Shown: positions 10,741 to 23,457, numbered from the stretch's first letter. The stretch: 64,000 nucleotides of DNA from OCS116 cluster bacterium AG-390-A19 (GCA_003278145.1 QCGV01000003.1:28385-92384); one strand, 5' to 3'. Program-made: numbers and translations. Notes: a model not told the origin generated them from the letters alone.

Positions 10741-10748
10741 CTTTTAAT

Positions 10749-12086
<1,338 letters not shown>

Positions 12087-12142
12087 CTATAATTTTACAC
12101 GAAAATTTAAAAATATGTTTCAATCACTAATTTAAAGGGTCT

Positions 12143-12544
12143 TTAATTATTTTCAGACAAAATTTCACTGGCGATAGAAATATATTTCTGAGCAGCATTT
12201 TTTCCTTCTTGGATGACTTCTAAAATGTCTTTATCTCTAAGTTGACAAATTTTTATTAGCATTGGCAAATTTACACCAGACATAATCTCTATAACTCCTG
12301 GCTCTAAAAAGTTTAAAGCTAAATTTGAGGGTGTACCACCAAATACATCTGTTAATATTATTACGCCTTTACCTTGATTTAGCTCTTTAAGTTTTTTTTC
12401 GATATTATTTTTTTGAATATCAATATCATCTTCAGGTGTAATACTAAAAATTTCAATATTATTTTGGTCGCCAATCATATGCTCCATTGCTGATCTAAGC
12501 TCTAGAGCTAGATTTCCATGAGTTATAATCATTAAACCAATCAT
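12143..12544 (-). CDS. PTS EIIA component, mannose/fructose family (PtsM-like)
   Basis: It has the N-terminal MIITHGNLA motif containing the phosphorylatable His. The protein is 133 aa. It sits between chvG and ahcY, as the alphaproteobacterial ptsM gene does. Confidence 0.75.
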   Translation of the reverse strand: MIGLMIITHGNLALELRSAMEHMIGDQNNIEIFSITPEDDIDIQKNNIEKKLKELNQGKGVIILTDVFGGTPSNLALNFLEPGVIEIMSGVNLPMLIKICQLRDKDILEVIQEGKNAAQKYISIASEILSENN

Positions 12545-12581
12545 TATTAAAAGCCTTTTAACTTATTTTTAATCAATAAAA

Positions 12582-14093
12582 TCAATATTTTAACGGAAGC
12601 ATTATTGTAAATGTTGCTCCGCCTTCTGCTCTATTTGTAGCAATAATTGTTCCATTTAGTGATTTTATTATCTGTTTGCATATTGATAATCCCAACCCTG
12701 AATTATTTCCAAAACTTTTCTCCTCTGGGCGATATGTATAAAATCTTTCAAAAATTCTTCCAAGGTTTTCTTTTGGTATTCCAGGCCCTTGATCCTTAAC
12801 TTCAATTATTGCTTCATTTTTTGTTGTCCAAGCATTAATTTCTATAGAAGATCCTGGTTTAGAAAATGATAATGCATTATCAACTAAATTATAAAAAACT
12901 TGCGCTATACGATCACCAATTCCTAAAACTTTAATTTCATCTTTTGGTGTATTAAGTCTTACATTTATTTCTAATTTTTTTGAAATATTTGTCTTGGTGA
13001 CTTCTACAACAGACTCCAAGACATCTCTAATATCTATTTCTTCAAACTCTCCTTTAGCAAGCTCAACCTCTAGTCTTGAGGATGATGCAATATCTGAAAT
13101 TAATCTATCGAGTCTTTTTAAATCTTTAAAGGCTATTTTTGTGAGCTGTTTTCTTTCTTCCTCTTCATTAGATATTTGAAGAGTTTCGATTGCGCTTTGT
13201 AAAGATGTTAGAGGATTTTTGAGTTCATGCGCAACATCAGCAGCAAATGCTTCTACGGATTTAACTCTCTCTTGAAGCGCGCCAGTCATTCTTCTAACAG
13301 ATTTTGCCAATCCTCCTATTTCATCTTTTCTATTATCCATTGAAGGTATTTCACCGACTCCTGCATCAGAAACTCCCTCTGCAGCTTTTGCAAGCCTATT
13401 TAGCGGCCTTGCTATCGTTCCTGATAAAGATACTGATAAAAAGAGACTTACTGAGAGAGCTATAAGAAAAGCTCTAAAAAACCTTTGCCTTTCTTCTTTT
13501 ATTATTCTTCCAATATCACCTTCATTTGTAGATAGTAATAAAACTTCTTTTTTAAGATTATTTCTTCTAAGAGGAATACTTACATGAACAGTTATGCCTC
13601 CATTTTCTAATTTATACTCACTTGCAGTTGTAACACCTGTGAATGATTTTTTTATGTCGTCGATAGAATAGCCTTCTTTGGGTAAAATAGGTGCATCTCT
13701 ATCAAATATTGCACCGAAAGTTCTTGCAATACTTAATAAGGGATTTTTTTTATCGTTTTCCTTTACCTCTTTATCCTCAAAGTCTCTAGAGTCAAAAATT
13801 TCTTGAAGGCTTTCATTAAATATCTGAGTTCTTGCAATTTTTGTTGAGGTCCAATTTTCAGTTAAAAATAGATTGTCTATATTATTTAAATCTTGATTGA
13901 CTGATTGTGCATTAAGGGTGAAAGAAAATGCAATAAGATTTGCTTGAAGTATAAGCGCTTCCTTTCTAGCCTCTATTAAATTATTTTGTGATTTATCAAC
14001 AAATAAAAAACCTGTACCAAGAAAAATAAGACCAATTAAATTAATTGCGATAATCCTAGCGCCTAAAGATTCTATTTTTAAAATATTCAGCAT
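12582..14093 (-). CDS. chvG: Sensor histidine kinase ChvG/ExoS/BvrS-like
   Basis: It has an N-terminal TM segment, a second TM plus HAMP, the H-box VAHELKNPLTSL, the N-box NLVDNALSF and the G-boxes DQGPGI and GLGLSI. It lies downstream of chvI and divergent from pckA. Confidence 0.8.
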   Translation of the reverse strand: MLNILKIESLGARIIAINLIGLIFLGTGFLFVDKSQNNLIEARKEALILQANLIAFSFTLNAQSVNQDLNNIDNLFLTENWTSTKIARTQIFNESLQEIFDSRDFEDKEVKENDKKNPLLSIARTFGAIFDRDAPILPKEGYSIDDIKKSFTGVTTASEYKLENGGITVHVSIPLRRNNLKKEVLLLSTNEGDIGRIIKEERQRFFRAFLIALSVSLFLSVSLSGTIARPLNRLAKAAEGVSDAGVGEIPSMDNRKDEIGGLAKSVRRMTGALQERVKSVEAFAADVAHELKNPLTSLQSAIETLQISNEEEERKQLTKIAFKDLKRLDRLISDIASSSRLEVELAKGEFEEIDIRDVLESVVEVTKTNISKKLEINVRLNTPKDEIKVLGIGDRIAQVFYNLVDNALSFSKPGSSIEINAWTTKNEAIIEVKDQGPGIPKENLGRIFERFYTYRPEEKSFGNNSGLGLSICKQIIKSLNGTIIATNRAEGGATFTIMLPLKY

Positions 14094-14782
14094 TATTCAA
14101 TATACCGATAACCAACACCATAGAGTGTTTCAATTGATTTAAAATCTTTATCAATATCTTTAAATTTTTTTCTTAATCTTTTTATGTGGCTATCTATCGT
14201 TCTATCATCTACATAAATATTATCATCATAAGCCGATGACATAAGCTGATCTCTGCTCTTAACATGCCCAGGCCTTGAAGCTAAGCACTCTAATAAAAGA
14301 AATTCTGTGACAGTAAGTCTTATAGCCGTTTCTCCCCAAAAACACTCATATCTATCCATATTAAGCGACAATTTTCCTCTTTTTATGACTTCTTTATTAT
14401 TACTTTCATTAGTTTTGCTACCAGTTGATCTTCTTAGAATAGTTTTAACCCTCTCAAGTAGTAATTTCTGTGAGAACGGCTTAGTGATATAATCATCTGC
14501 GCCCATTTTGAGGCCAAGTAATTGATCTATTTCCTCATCTTTTGAAGTAAGAAAAATTACTGGAAGATTTGATGTTTGTCTTAGTTCTTGAAGAACCTCA
14601 AGCCCATCTAATCTAGGCATTTTAATGTCCAAAATTGCAATATCATAGTTATCCTCTTGCAAAGACGTAAGACCTGACAAACCGTCAGAAAAAGTTTTTA
14701 TATTATAGCCTTCAGATTTTAATGTGAGGCTAAGAGATGCAAGTATATTTTGATCATCATCTATTAAACAAATATTGGTCAT
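14093..14782 (-). CDS. chvI: OmpR-family response regulator ChvI/BvrR-like
   Basis: It has a receiver domain (LIDDD.., [10 protein letters not shown] in TSK) and a winged-helix C-terminus ending YGVGYRY. It overlaps chvG by 1 nt. Confidence 0.85.
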   Translation of the reverse strand: MTNICLIDDDQNILASLSLTLKSEGYNIKTFSDGLSGLTSLQEDNYDIAILDIKMPRLDGLEVLQELRQTSNLPVIFLTSKDEEIDQLLGLKMGADDYITKPFSQKLLLERVKTILRRSTGSKTNESNNKEVIKRGKLSLNMDRYECFWGETAIRLTVTEFLLLECLASRPGHVKSRDQLMSSAYDDNIYVDDRTIDSHIKRLRKKFKDIDKDFKSIETLYGVGYRYIE

Positions 14783-14900
14783 TTTTCCCCTTTTTTAAGT
14801 TAACTAATTAACTTATTTAAACTATATAATACCTTGAATTACTTGTTGACAATATTCTGATATAAGTGTGAATTAATTTTTTGATATTAAGGGGTAAATT

Positions 14901-16502
14901 GTGAAAGAACTAGGCGAAAATTTTTCAAAATCTGGCATCGAAGCTCATGGATTTTTATCACTAGACAATGTTTTTTGGAATTTAAATCAAGAAGATATAT
15001 ACAAAATAATTCTTGATAGGGGTGAAGGAAAGATATCAAAAGATGGTGCGATGGTTGTAAAAACTGGTATTCATACAGGTAGGTCAGCTCAAGATAAGTT
15101 TGTTGTGAAAGAGTCAAAGAATAAAGACTCAATTTGGTGGGACAACGCTAAAGAAATGTCTGAAGAGAATTTTAATCATTTATATAAAGATATGATTGAA
15201 TTTTCAGAAAATAAGGATTTGTTTGTTCAAGATCTTTTTGGCGGGGCAGACCTTGAGTACAGACTACCTACAAGAGTGTACACAGAATATGCCTGGCATT
15301 CACTTTTCATTCAAAACCTCTTGATTACCGTTAAAGAAGAGGAGAAAAGTGATTTTGATCCAGAATTCATAATTATAGATATTCCAAGCTTTAAAGCAAA
15401 TCCAGAAAGGCATGGATCGAGATCTGAAACTATTATAGCTGTGAATTTTGATAAGAAAATTGTTCTTATTGCTGGCACCTCCTATGCTGGTGAGATTAAA
15501 AAATCTGTTTTTACAATGTTAAATTTTTTATTACCTCCTAAAAATGTCATGCCTATGCATTGTTCAATTAATGTTGGCAAGGAAGATGACTCAGCTATTT
15601 TCTTTGGTTTGTCTGGTACAGGTAAGACCACACTATCTGCTGATCCAAATAGAACATTAATTGGTGATGATGAGCATGGGTGGTCAGAAAATGGTGTATT
15701 TAATTTTGAAGGCGGTTGTTATGCTAAAATGATTAGGTTATCAAAGGAGGCTGAGCCAGAAATTTATGAAACAACAAAAAAAGTTGGAACGATACTTGAA
15801 AATGTTGTTATGGATGATGAGACAGGTGAATTAGACTTGGATGATGATACATTAGCAGAAAATACACGAGGTGCTTATCCGTTATCATTTATACCAAATT
15901 CTAGTGATACTGGTAGAGGTCCAATCCCTAAAAATATAATACTTTTAACTTGTGATGCATTTGGAGTATTGCCTCCAATTGCTAGACTATCCGCCTCTCA
16001 AACAATGTATCATTTTTTATCAGGTTATACAGCAAAGGTTGCTGGTACAGAAAAAGGTGTTGATGAGCCTGAAGCAACTTTTTCAGCTTGTTTTGGTGCA
16101 CCCTTTATGCCAAGACATCCATCTGAATATGGTAATTTACTAAAAGACCTTATTCATAAGTATAAAGTAAATTGCTGGTTGGTTAATACAGGTTGGTCTG
16201 GAGGACCAGTGGGTGAAGGGAATAGAATGCCTATTAAAGATACAAGAGCTCTATTAACTGCAGCTTTAAACGGTACTTTAGGTGAGGAAGAAATGCGTAT
16301 TGATAATTTTTTTGGATTTGAAGTTCCTTTATCGGTTAAAAACGTTGATGAAAATATATTAGTTCCAAGGAATACATGGAGCAATAAAGAGAAATATGAC
16401 CTTCAAGCTAAAAAGCTTGTAGAAATGTTTTCAGAAAATTTTGCAATATACGAAGCTCATGTAGACTCTGATGTTTTGGACGCTGCACCAAAAATTTCTT
16501 AA
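14901..16502 (+). CDS. pckA: Phosphoenolpyruvate carboxykinase (ATP)
   Basis: It has [23 protein letters not shown], the kinase-1a loop [11 protein letters not shown] and IGDDEHGW. The start is GTG, preceded by AAGGGG. Confidence 0.95.
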   Translation: MKELGENFSKSGIEAHGFLSLDNVFWNLNQEDIYKIILDRGEGKISKDGAMVVKTGIHTGRSAQDKFVVKESKNKDSIWWDNAKEMSEENFNHLYKDMIEFSENKDLFVQDLFGGADLEYRLPTRVYTEYAWHSLFIQNLLITVKEEEKSDFDPEFIIIDIPSFKANPERHGSRSETIIAVNFDKKIVLIAGTSYAGEIKKSVFTMLNFLLPPKNVMPMHCSINVGKEDDSAIFFGLSGTGKTTLSADPNRTLIGDDEHGWSENGVFNFEGGCYAKMIRLSKEAEPEIYETTKKVGTILENVVMDDETGELDLDDDTLAENTRGAYPLSFIPNSSDTGRGPIPKNIILLTCDAFGVLPPIARLSASQTMYHFLSGYTAKVAGTEKGVDEPEATFSACFGAPFMPRHPSEYGNLLKDLIHKYKVNCWLVNTGWSGGPVGEGNRMPIKDTRALLTAALNGTLGEEEMRIDNFFGFEVPLSVKNVDENILVPRNTWSNKEKYDLQAKKLVEMFSENFAIYEAHVDSDVLDAAPKIS

Positions 16503-16508
16503 ATTAAT

Positions 16509-19304
16509 TTAATGAGCTTGATCCCAGTTTTTTCCTGAAGCGGCCTCAACTTTTAGATCAACTGATAGATCTACAACCGGTTTATGTGCTTCAGACATTT
16601 CTTTGATTACTATCGACATAGTTTTTTCTATTTCACTATCTTTTGTTTCAAAAATAAGTTCATCATGAACTTGCATAATCATTTTTGTTTCGAGATTTTC
16701 TTTTTTTAAATTTTTAGGAATTTTAATCATAGCTCTTTTTATTATATCTGCAGCCGTACCTTGAATTGGTGCGTTAATTGCAGCTCTCTCCATAAAAGCT
16801 TTGCCACCAGGCCCTCTATTACCTGAGTCATCTATTATGCATTTTCTTCCAAAAAGAGTTTTTACAAAACCATTATTTTTTGCAAATTCTTTAGTACTTT
16901 CCATATAATCTCTAATTGATGGAAATTTTTCAAAATAAGAACGTATATAGTCAGAGGCTTCTGATCTTGAAATATCTAACTGGTTTGATAAGCCGAATGG
17001 AGAAATTCCATAAATTATACCAAAATTAATTGCTTTTGCTTTTCTTCTAATATCTTGACTCATATCTTTTATTGGTACACCAAATACTTCGGATGCTGTT
17101 AAGGAGTGAATATCAATATCATTCTTAAACGCTTTTTTAAGATTATTATCATCAGATATGTGTGCAATAATTCTTAATTCAATTTGACTATAGTCAGCAC
17201 TAATCAAAGAATAGCCTTCTTCAGCTATAAAAGCACCTCTGATCATTTTACCTTCATCATTTTTTATTGGTATATTTTGTAGGTTTGGATCAGAAGAAGA
17301 TAATCTTCCGGTAGATGTAGAAGACATTGAGTATGATGTATGAATTCTTTTTGTATTTTTATTTATAAAATTAGGTAATGCATCGGTGTATGTAGACTTT
17401 AATTTTGATAAGCCTCTCCACTCAAGAAGAAGTTTAGGGAGAATATTTCCAGATGATGCTAAAAAACTTAACGTTTCAGCATCTGTTGACCAAGCTCCCG
17501 ATGGTGTTTTTTTTCCTCCTTTGATTTTTAATTTATCAAATAATATTTCACCAATTTGTTTAGGTGATCCTAAGTTAAATTCATTACCAACTATTTCAAA
17601 ACATTCTTTTTCAATTTTTTTAATATCATTTTCAAATTTTATAGATAAATCTCTTAATATTTTCTCATCAACACAAACACCATTCTTTTCCATATCCATT
17701 ATGACTTTGGCCAAGGGTCTCTCAATAGTTTCATAAACTGAAGATATCTTTTCGCTCATAAGTCTTGGTCTCAAAATTTTCCATAATCTAAAGGTAATAT
17801 CAGCATCTTCAGCAGCATAAATTGAGGCTTCACTTATACTAATTTCATTAAAACTTTTTTGATTTTTTCCTGAACCAGCAATTTCTTTGAAGGAAATTGC
17901 AGAGTGAGACATATATTTTTTTGCTAAGAAATCTAAACTATGTCTTGTTCCTCCGGACCCTAAGGAATAGGAGATAAGCATTGTGTCATCATATGAATTA
18001 ACTTTTATATTATATTTATCTAGAACCAATGCATCATACTTTTTATTATGAAATATCTTTAAAATACTTGGGTCTTCATTTATAGATTTTAGAAAATCAA
18101 TAGCATCATCAATATGAATTTGTTTATCAGCATTATCGTGTTTGATAGGTATATAACATGCTTCATTTATATCTGTTGCAAGAGAGAATCCAATAAGATT
18201 TGCCTGAATTGCGTTTAAGGAGTCTGTTTCTGTATCAATTGCAACATAACCTTTTTCAGTTATTTTTCTTTTCCAATTGTCCAATTCATTTTTGTTTATA
18301 ATCGTGGAATATTTTTTATAATCAAATTTGTTAAAATCTTTTTCATTTTTTATTTCAGTCTCAACTTCTTTTTCTTTATTAAATTCAAGTTCTAGTTCTT
18401 GAGTTTCAACATCCTCCAAGTTTAGATTAAATTCTCTAGCCTTCTTTTCTGTTAATGTTTTAAATTCCATACCTTTTAAAAAAGAAATTAATTTTTTTGG
18501 ATCAAAAGACTGAATTTCAATATCTTTGATAGGGATTGGTAATTTTACATCTTCTTTGAGGGTAACTAATTCTCTACTTAGGCGAGCCTGATCCGCAAAT
18601 TCAATCAAACTTTCACGTCTTTTATTTTGTTTAATATTTGAGGCTTTTTCTAGAAGATTATCTAAATTACCATATTCGTTAATTAGTAATGCTGCAGTTT
18701 TAATCCCAATACCTGGTACTCCCGGTATATTATCTATTGAGTCACCTGCTAATGACTGAACATCAATTACTTTTTTTGGTTCAACGCCGAACTTTTCAAT
18801 TACCTCGTTTTTTTGAATTAAACGATTTTTCATTGTATCAAGCATAGAGACATCTTCTTTTACAAGCTGCATTAAATCTTTGTCTGATGAAACAATTGTG
18901 ACTTTCATTTTTTCATTAATTGCTGCTTTTGCATAACTTGCAATTAAATCATCAGCTTCATAACCCAACATCTCAACATGATTAATATTAAAAGCATCTG
19001 TTGCTTTCCTAATTACAGGGAATTGAGGTATCAAATCTTCTGGAGGACTGGATCGATTAGCTTTATATTCAGGATATATGTCATTTCTAAATGTTTTTCC
19101 TGAAGCATCAAATATAACTAATAAATGAGTTAAATTATTTTTTTCTCGTTCATCCTTTATTAGTTTATCTAACATATTACAAAATCCAGAGATTGCACCT
19201 ACAGGGAAGCCATCTGATTTTCGTGTTAAGGGAGGTAGAGCATGATAAGCCCTAAATATATATGTTGAACCATCTACTAGATATATATGTTTTTTATCGT
19301 TCAT
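16509..19304 (-). CDS. polA: DNA polymerase I
   Basis: It has an N-terminal 5' nuclease domain, the 3'-5' exonuclease motif AIDTETDSL, and polymerase motifs A (ADYSQIELRI), B (RRKAKAINFGIIYG) and C (QVHDEL). The protein is 931 aa. Confidence 0.95.
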   Translation of the reverse strand: MNDKKHIYLVDGSTYIFRAYHALPPLTRKSDGFPVGAISGFCNMLDKLIKDEREKNNLTHLLVIFDASGKTFRNDIYPEYKANRSSPPEDLIPQFPVIRKATDAFNINHVEMLGYEADDLIASYAKAAINEKMKVTIVSSDKDLMQLVKEDVSMLDTMKNRLIQKNEVIEKFGVEPKKVIDVQSLAGDSIDNIPGVPGIGIKTAALLINEYGNLDNLLEKASNIKQNKRRESLIEFADQARLSRELVTLKEDVKLPIPIKDIEIQSFDPKKLISFLKGMEFKTLTEKKAREFNLNLEDVETQELELEFNKEKEVETEIKNEKDFNKFDYKKYSTIINKNELDNWKRKITEKGYVAIDTETDSLNAIQANLIGFSLATDINEACYIPIKHDNADKQIHIDDAIDFLKSINEDPSILKIFHNKKYDALVLDKYNIKVNSYDDTMLISYSLGSGGTRHSLDFLAKKYMSHSAISFKEIAGSGKNQKSFNEISISEASIYAAEDADITFRLWKILRPRLMSEKISSVYETIERPLAKVIMDMEKNGVCVDEKILRDLSIKFENDIKKIEKECFEIVGNEFNLGSPKQIGEILFDKLKIKGGKKTPSGAWSTDAETLSFLASSGNILPKLLLEWRGLSKLKSTYTDALPNFINKNTKRIHTSYSMSSTSTGRLSSSDPNLQNIPIKNDEGKMIRGAFIAEEGYSLISADYSQIELRIIAHISDDNNLKKAFKNDIDIHSLTASEVFGVPIKDMSQDIRRKAKAINFGIIYGISPFGLSNQLDISRSEASDYIRSYFEKFPSIRDYMESTKEFAKNNGFVKTLFGRKCIIDDSGNRGPGGKAFMERAAINAPIQGTAADIIKRAMIKIPKNLKKENLETKMIMQVHDELIFETKDSEIEKTMSIVIKEMSEAHKPVVDLSVDLKVEAASGKNWDQAH

Positions 19305-19386
19305 ATCTTTTTAATTTATAGTATTATATTTTTACTAACTATCAGATTTAATAACTATACCTTACGATAAAAATATAAAGAGAGAT

Positions 19387-20328
19387 ATGAAAAATAATAA
19401 TCTTCCAGATAATGCAATTGAGATTACTGATTTAACCAAAATCTATAAAAATAATAATGAGGAAGATCTTATTGCTCTTAATTCAGTAAACTTAGAGATT
19501 CCAAGAGGATCTATGTTTGGGCTTCTTGGGCCCAATGGAGCAGGCAAGTCAACTTTTATTAATATACTAGCTGGCTTAACATTAAAAACTTCAGGACAGG
19601 CAATTGTTTGGGGTTTTGATTTGGATAAAAATCCTCGATCAGTAAGAGCCTCTTTAGGGGTAGTTCCTCAAGAAATTTATGTGGATCCTTTCTTTTCTCC
19701 AAAAGAAACCTTGCATCAACAAGCAGGTATGTATGGCGTACTTCCAAAAGATAGAAATGTAGATTTTTTACTTAAAACATTAGATCTTGAGGATAAGTCT
19801 AATGCATATACTAGAACTTTGTCTGGAGGAATGAAAAGGAGGCTTTTAGTTGCAAAGTCAATGGTTCATAGGCCTCCAATTTTGATTTTAGATGAACCAA
19901 CTGCGGGTGTTGATATTGAACTTCGTCAACAATTATGGGCTTATATAAGAAAACTTAATGAGCATGGAACAACAATTATTTTAACAACTCATTATCTTGA
20001 AGAGGCCGAGGAGCTTTGTGATACCATCGCAATCGTTAATCATGGTGAAATAATAAGATGCGCACCAACTAAAGAAATCCTTAGTGATGCAGACTCTAAA
20101 AATATTACTCTTGTTTTATCAAAAGATTATAATGATAAATCTATAATTGAAAAAATTGGTGGAGTTATAGATAAAGATGGAAATATTTCAATCAGTTATA
20201 ATCCTAAACAAGAAACTTCACGAGATATATTAAAGAAAGCTGAGGAAGCTGGTTTAAAGGTGAATGATTTTTCTGTAACAGGTGCTTCGCTGGAAACAGT
20301 TTTTCTTTCAATGACCTCTAATAAATAA
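19387..20328 (+). CDS. ABC transporter ATP-binding protein (ABC-2/YadG-like), no adjacent permease
   Basis: It has Walker A GPNGAGKST, the signature LSGGMKRRL and Walker B ILILDEPTAGVD. Confidence 0.8.
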   Translation: MKNNNLPDNAIEITDLTKIYKNNNEEDLIALNSVNLEIPRGSMFGLLGPNGAGKSTFINILAGLTLKTSGQAIVWGFDLDKNPRSVRASLGVVPQEIYVDPFFSPKETLHQQAGMYGVLPKDRNVDFLLKTLDLEDKSNAYTRTLSGGMKRRLLVAKSMVHRPPILILDEPTAGVDIELRQQLWAYIRKLNEHGTTIILTTHYLEEAEELCDTIAIVNHGEIIRCAPTKEILSDADSKNITLVLSKDYNDKSIIEKIGGVIDKDGNISISYNPKQETSRDILKKAEEAGLKVNDFSVTGASLETVFLSMTSNK

Positions 20329-20355
20329 AAAAGCGCGATTTAAAAAACCGCGCTT
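20326..20355 (-). terminator. Rho-independent terminator downstream of TBDR-1 (possibly bidirectional, also serving the ABC ATPase gene)
   Basis: On the minus strand the RNA is AAGCGCG-GUUUUUUAAAU-CGCGCUU followed by UUUUAUUUAU. The 7-bp GC-rich stem (20331-20337 / 20349-20355) stands out in an AT-rich spacer. Confidence 0.6.
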
Positions 20356-20379
20356 AATTAATTTAAATACTTCTGAATT

Positions 20380-23286
20380 TTAGAATCTAGCTCCAAATGT
20401 TACCCCATACATTCTTGGCTCCATATAAAAGTCATTTCTAAATTGACCAGAAGACGGATCAGTAAAATATGCTCCTGTTTGGTTATCATCATCTGCAAGA
20501 TTTTGTCCCCAAATTTTAAAATACATACCAGAATTTGTTGGTTGTATGATTATTTGAGCATTAATTACATCCCAAGAGTCAATTGAGTCTCTTGTGGTAT
20601 TATAAAGACGTGTCCACATTGAATCTTGCCAATAGTAATCTAAACGAGAAATCACTTGAAGATTTGATTCTGTAAAATCTGCAGTATATTCAATACCTAT
20701 ATGAGCAGTTGCACTAGGTGCATTGGTTAACTCATTACCGCTAAGATCATACTCTACCTCATAGAATCCACCTAATCCTGCAGCAGTTAATTTAGTTACC
20801 ATTGATGTACAATTACCTAATGTAGGTAAAGCACCCATACCAAATATTTGTACTAATGGATCAACTGCTCCAGTTGGATCAGCAGAGTCAAAATTATTAA
20901 CTGATAAAGTCTTAGGTAGTAGATAAACATCTAGTGCTCCTGCTGCAGGGTTTGCATTAAGAACACCTGTTGCTAAGCCAGCTTGAAGTTGAGCTTTAGT
21001 AAATCCACAAGTTGAACCGTTGGTAATATCTTTCAATACCCAACCTTGTGTATCACCAATACCCCTTCCAGTAAGGTCATGAGGATTAAGAGATGTTGTA
21101 CCTCCAGCAATTTCAGTTTCTAAAAGAGAAAATTGTGCATCAATTTTTAGACCAGGTATTGATGAAGGTGACCAGGCAAACTCAGCTTCAAGACCTGTCA
21201 TTTCAGCATCAATATTTTCATTAACAGAAGTACGTGCAATAATTTTTGATACTTGAAGACCTTGATAGTCATAGTAAAAAGCTGAAAGGTTTGCAATTAG
21301 TTGGTTATCCATTAAAACATTCTTCATTCCAACTTCAAATGCGTCAATAAACTCAGGTTCAGCTTGAGCTTTAACTCCTGCAAATAAAACAGGGTCGACA
21401 GGTGGATTAAATAAACCTGGACGATAGCCTCTTGAAATACTTGCATATATTAAAGTTGAGTCAGTAGCTTCTAAGTCAGGCGTCCAATCTATAGCAGCCC
21501 TATAGGTAGTTTCTTCTTCAGTAAAAGAAGTAGGGTTTCCAGTAAGCGCTCTCTGCTCACCAGGCGCAGGAATAGGCGCTAAAGCGGGAGGAGCCAAACC
21601 AGCAAATACTAAACCTAAGTTAGGATCAGTTCTTTGTATTGAGGCTGTAACAGGGTCACCAACTTTTGTACCACCAGCAAGAATAATTGAATTTAAGAAT
21701 TGTTGAGCATCGGCAACTCTCTTTTCAGATTCATTCCACCTTGCACCGAGTGTAATTCTAGTATCCTCGTTAACATCAATATAAATTTGAGTAAATAAAC
21801 CTTTACGCTCAAGTTCATATGGATTTGTTAAATTTCTATAATGTGATGGATACAGCCTTGCCCCACTAAGTATAGGAGCAAGAGCAACAGCATCGCCACC
21901 ATTAAAATAAACATCATATAGATTTACTAATTCATTCTCCAGCATATTGAAACCAGCAACAAAATTAATATTTCCATCGAAATCTGAGCTTATTGTAATA
22001 TCACCATATTTATACTCGTTGTCACTCATTGATGAGTCATAAGCAAATGGGAAATCGTGATAACCTCCAACAGATCCTCCAAAAATACCCATTGAACCTC
22101 CACTATTGGGATCCGTAAATCCAGAAATTGGAAGTTTTCCATCAGGAAAGAAAGGATTTGTACCTTTATACAATTTTGTACGCCCATCATTATTTGTATA
22201 ATCTTGTTGTGATAAAATTAAACGTTCATGAAGAGCAAAATTTGCTTTAATAGTTAAATTTTCAAATGAATTGTTCTCTATTGCGAAAATATAAGCTTTC
22301 TCATCTACTTTATAAACTGGGTCAATAGCTTGATAAGTTTGTCTAATATCGAATAAAGGATTGCTAGGAGCCGTATCAAGTGGACTAAAACTTTGCATAC
22401 CTGCGGTTGCTAAAAGGATTCCATTTAAACCGGAACCAGCTGTAGGTTGTTCACGACCAAATTCAAAAGGATTACAACCGTAGGCTGGTGTTTCAGTCAT
22501 TTTACACATTTGACGACCAGCACGTGCTCTATTGTCATCTTCTTCAAAATTCATATATGTAAATCTAGCAATAGTATTTTCATTTAAGTCTGCTTCTAAA
22601 ACAGCTCTATATGAAGAAATATCTCTACCATCTACATCTTCACCTTCTTTACCAGGGAACATATTCGTAGAAAAACCATCTCTTCTTAAATTCATTGCTG
22701 AAACTCTTAGACGAAGGTTATCAGCTAGGGGCATATTCATAGCAAGTTTAATTTTCTTACTATTATAATCACCGTATTCAATTTCAACATTTCCTCCAGC
22801 TTCATTTGTTGGCCTTGCAAAAATCATATTAACAGTACCAGCAGTTGCATTCGCTCCATACAAAGTTCCTTGGGGACCTCTAAGAACCTCTACTCGTTCA
22901 ACATCATAAAACTCTGTTTCAAAAACACTTGTTGGAAGAGGGACGCTATCTAAGTGATATGCAACAGCTCCATCACCTGATGCAGCAACGGCTGCTGAAG
23001 CAACACCTCTAATGGACATGCTACCACCAGTAAAATTACCTCTAGTATACGTAACACTTGGAATATTAAACTGAAGATCACCGAATGTTTCAATCTGTTG
23101 AAGCTCTAGGGCATCAGAACCAAACGCTGATACAGCAATCGGAACATCTTGAATACTTTGCTCAGATCTTTCAGCTGTAACAAGAATTTCTTCTATACCA
23201 GCACTAATTGACTGGGCGAATAAATTTGTTGAATTAATAAAAGGAGCAATCATAAAAATGATTGCTATTAATAGACGTTTTGACAT
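20380..23286 (-). CDS. TonB-dependent outer-membrane receptor (TBDR-1, 968 aa)
   Basis: It has a signal peptide and a TonB-box/plug start (IEEILVTAERSEQSIQDVPIAVSAF). The plug motif is VERVEVLRGPQGTLYGANATAGTVN. The beta-barrel ends in the terminal ..GVTFGARF. A strong GGGGAGG SD precedes the start. There is no N-terminal STN extension. Confidence 0.9.
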   Translation of the reverse strand: MSKRLLIAIIFMIAPFINSTNLFAQSISAGIEEILVTAERSEQSIQDVPIAVSAFGSDALELQQIETFGDLQFNIPSVTYTRGNFTGGSMSIRGVASAAVAASGDGAVAYHLDSVPLPTSVFETEFYDVERVEVLRGPQGTLYGANATAGTVNMIFARPTNEAGGNVEIEYGDYNSKKIKLAMNMPLADNLRLRVSAMNLRRDGFSTNMFPGKEGEDVDGRDISSYRAVLEADLNENTIARFTYMNFEEDDNRARAGRQMCKMTETPAYGCNPFEFGREQPTAGSGLNGILLATAGMQSFSPLDTAPSNPLFDIRQTYQAIDPVYKVDEKAYIFAIENNSFENLTIKANFALHERLILSQQDYTNNDGRTKLYKGTNPFFPDGKLPISGFTDPNSGGSMGIFGGSVGGYHDFPFAYDSSMSDNEYKYGDITISSDFDGNINFVAGFNMLENELVNLYDVYFNGGDAVALAPILSGARLYPSHYRNLTNPYELERKGLFTQIYIDVNEDTRITLGARWNESEKRVADAQQFLNSIILAGGTKVGDPVTASIQRTDPNLGLVFAGLAPPALAPIPAPGEQRALTGNPTSFTEEETTYRAAIDWTPDLEATDSTLIYASISRGYRPGLFNPPVDPVLFAGVKAQAEPEFIDAFEVGMKNVLMDNQLIANLSAFYYDYQGLQVSKIIARTSVNENIDAEMTGLEAEFAWSPSSIPGLKIDAQFSLLETEIAGGTTSLNPHDLTGRGIGDTQGWVLKDITNGSTCGFTKAQLQAGLATGVLNANPAAGALDVYLLPKTLSVNNFDSADPTGAVDPLVQIFGMGALPTLGNCTSMVTKLTAAGLGGFYEVEYDLSGNELTNAPSATAHIGIEYTADFTESNLQVISRLDYYWQDSMWTRLYNTTRDSIDSWDVINAQIIIQPTNSGMYFKIWGQNLADDDNQTGAYFTDPSSGQFRNDFYMEPRMYGVTFGARF

Positions 23287-23393
23287 TATAAGTGCCTCCC
23301 CATTAGATACGTTTTATCGTATTTGTTATTTTTATATAGGCTAATTATAAGATAGCACTCAAATTTTTATTAAGACAACGATTTTTTAAAAAA

Positions 23394-23457
23394 AATGATA
23401 AAAAAACGTAGTGTATTAAATTTACAACATTTTTGTTATTTTATTTAATACACTACG
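23394..23457 (-). terminator. Terminator-like hairpin (perfect 15-bp stem) plus U-tract inside the TBDR-1 upstream spacer
   Basis: CGTAGTGTATTAAAT (23407-23421) pairs with ATTTAATACACTACG (23443-23457) across a 21-nt loop. On the minus strand it is followed by UUUUUUAUCAUUUUUUUU. Confidence 0.4.

Noticed and set aside
14783-14900. There is a consensus -35 hexamer TTGACA (14846-14851) in the chvI <> pckA divergent spacer, which could be a pckA promoter.
   Set aside because: No acceptable -10 hexamer lies at 16-18 nt spacing. TATAAG is only 9 nt away, and TGAATT at 17 nt is poor. It is therefore not reported as a feature.
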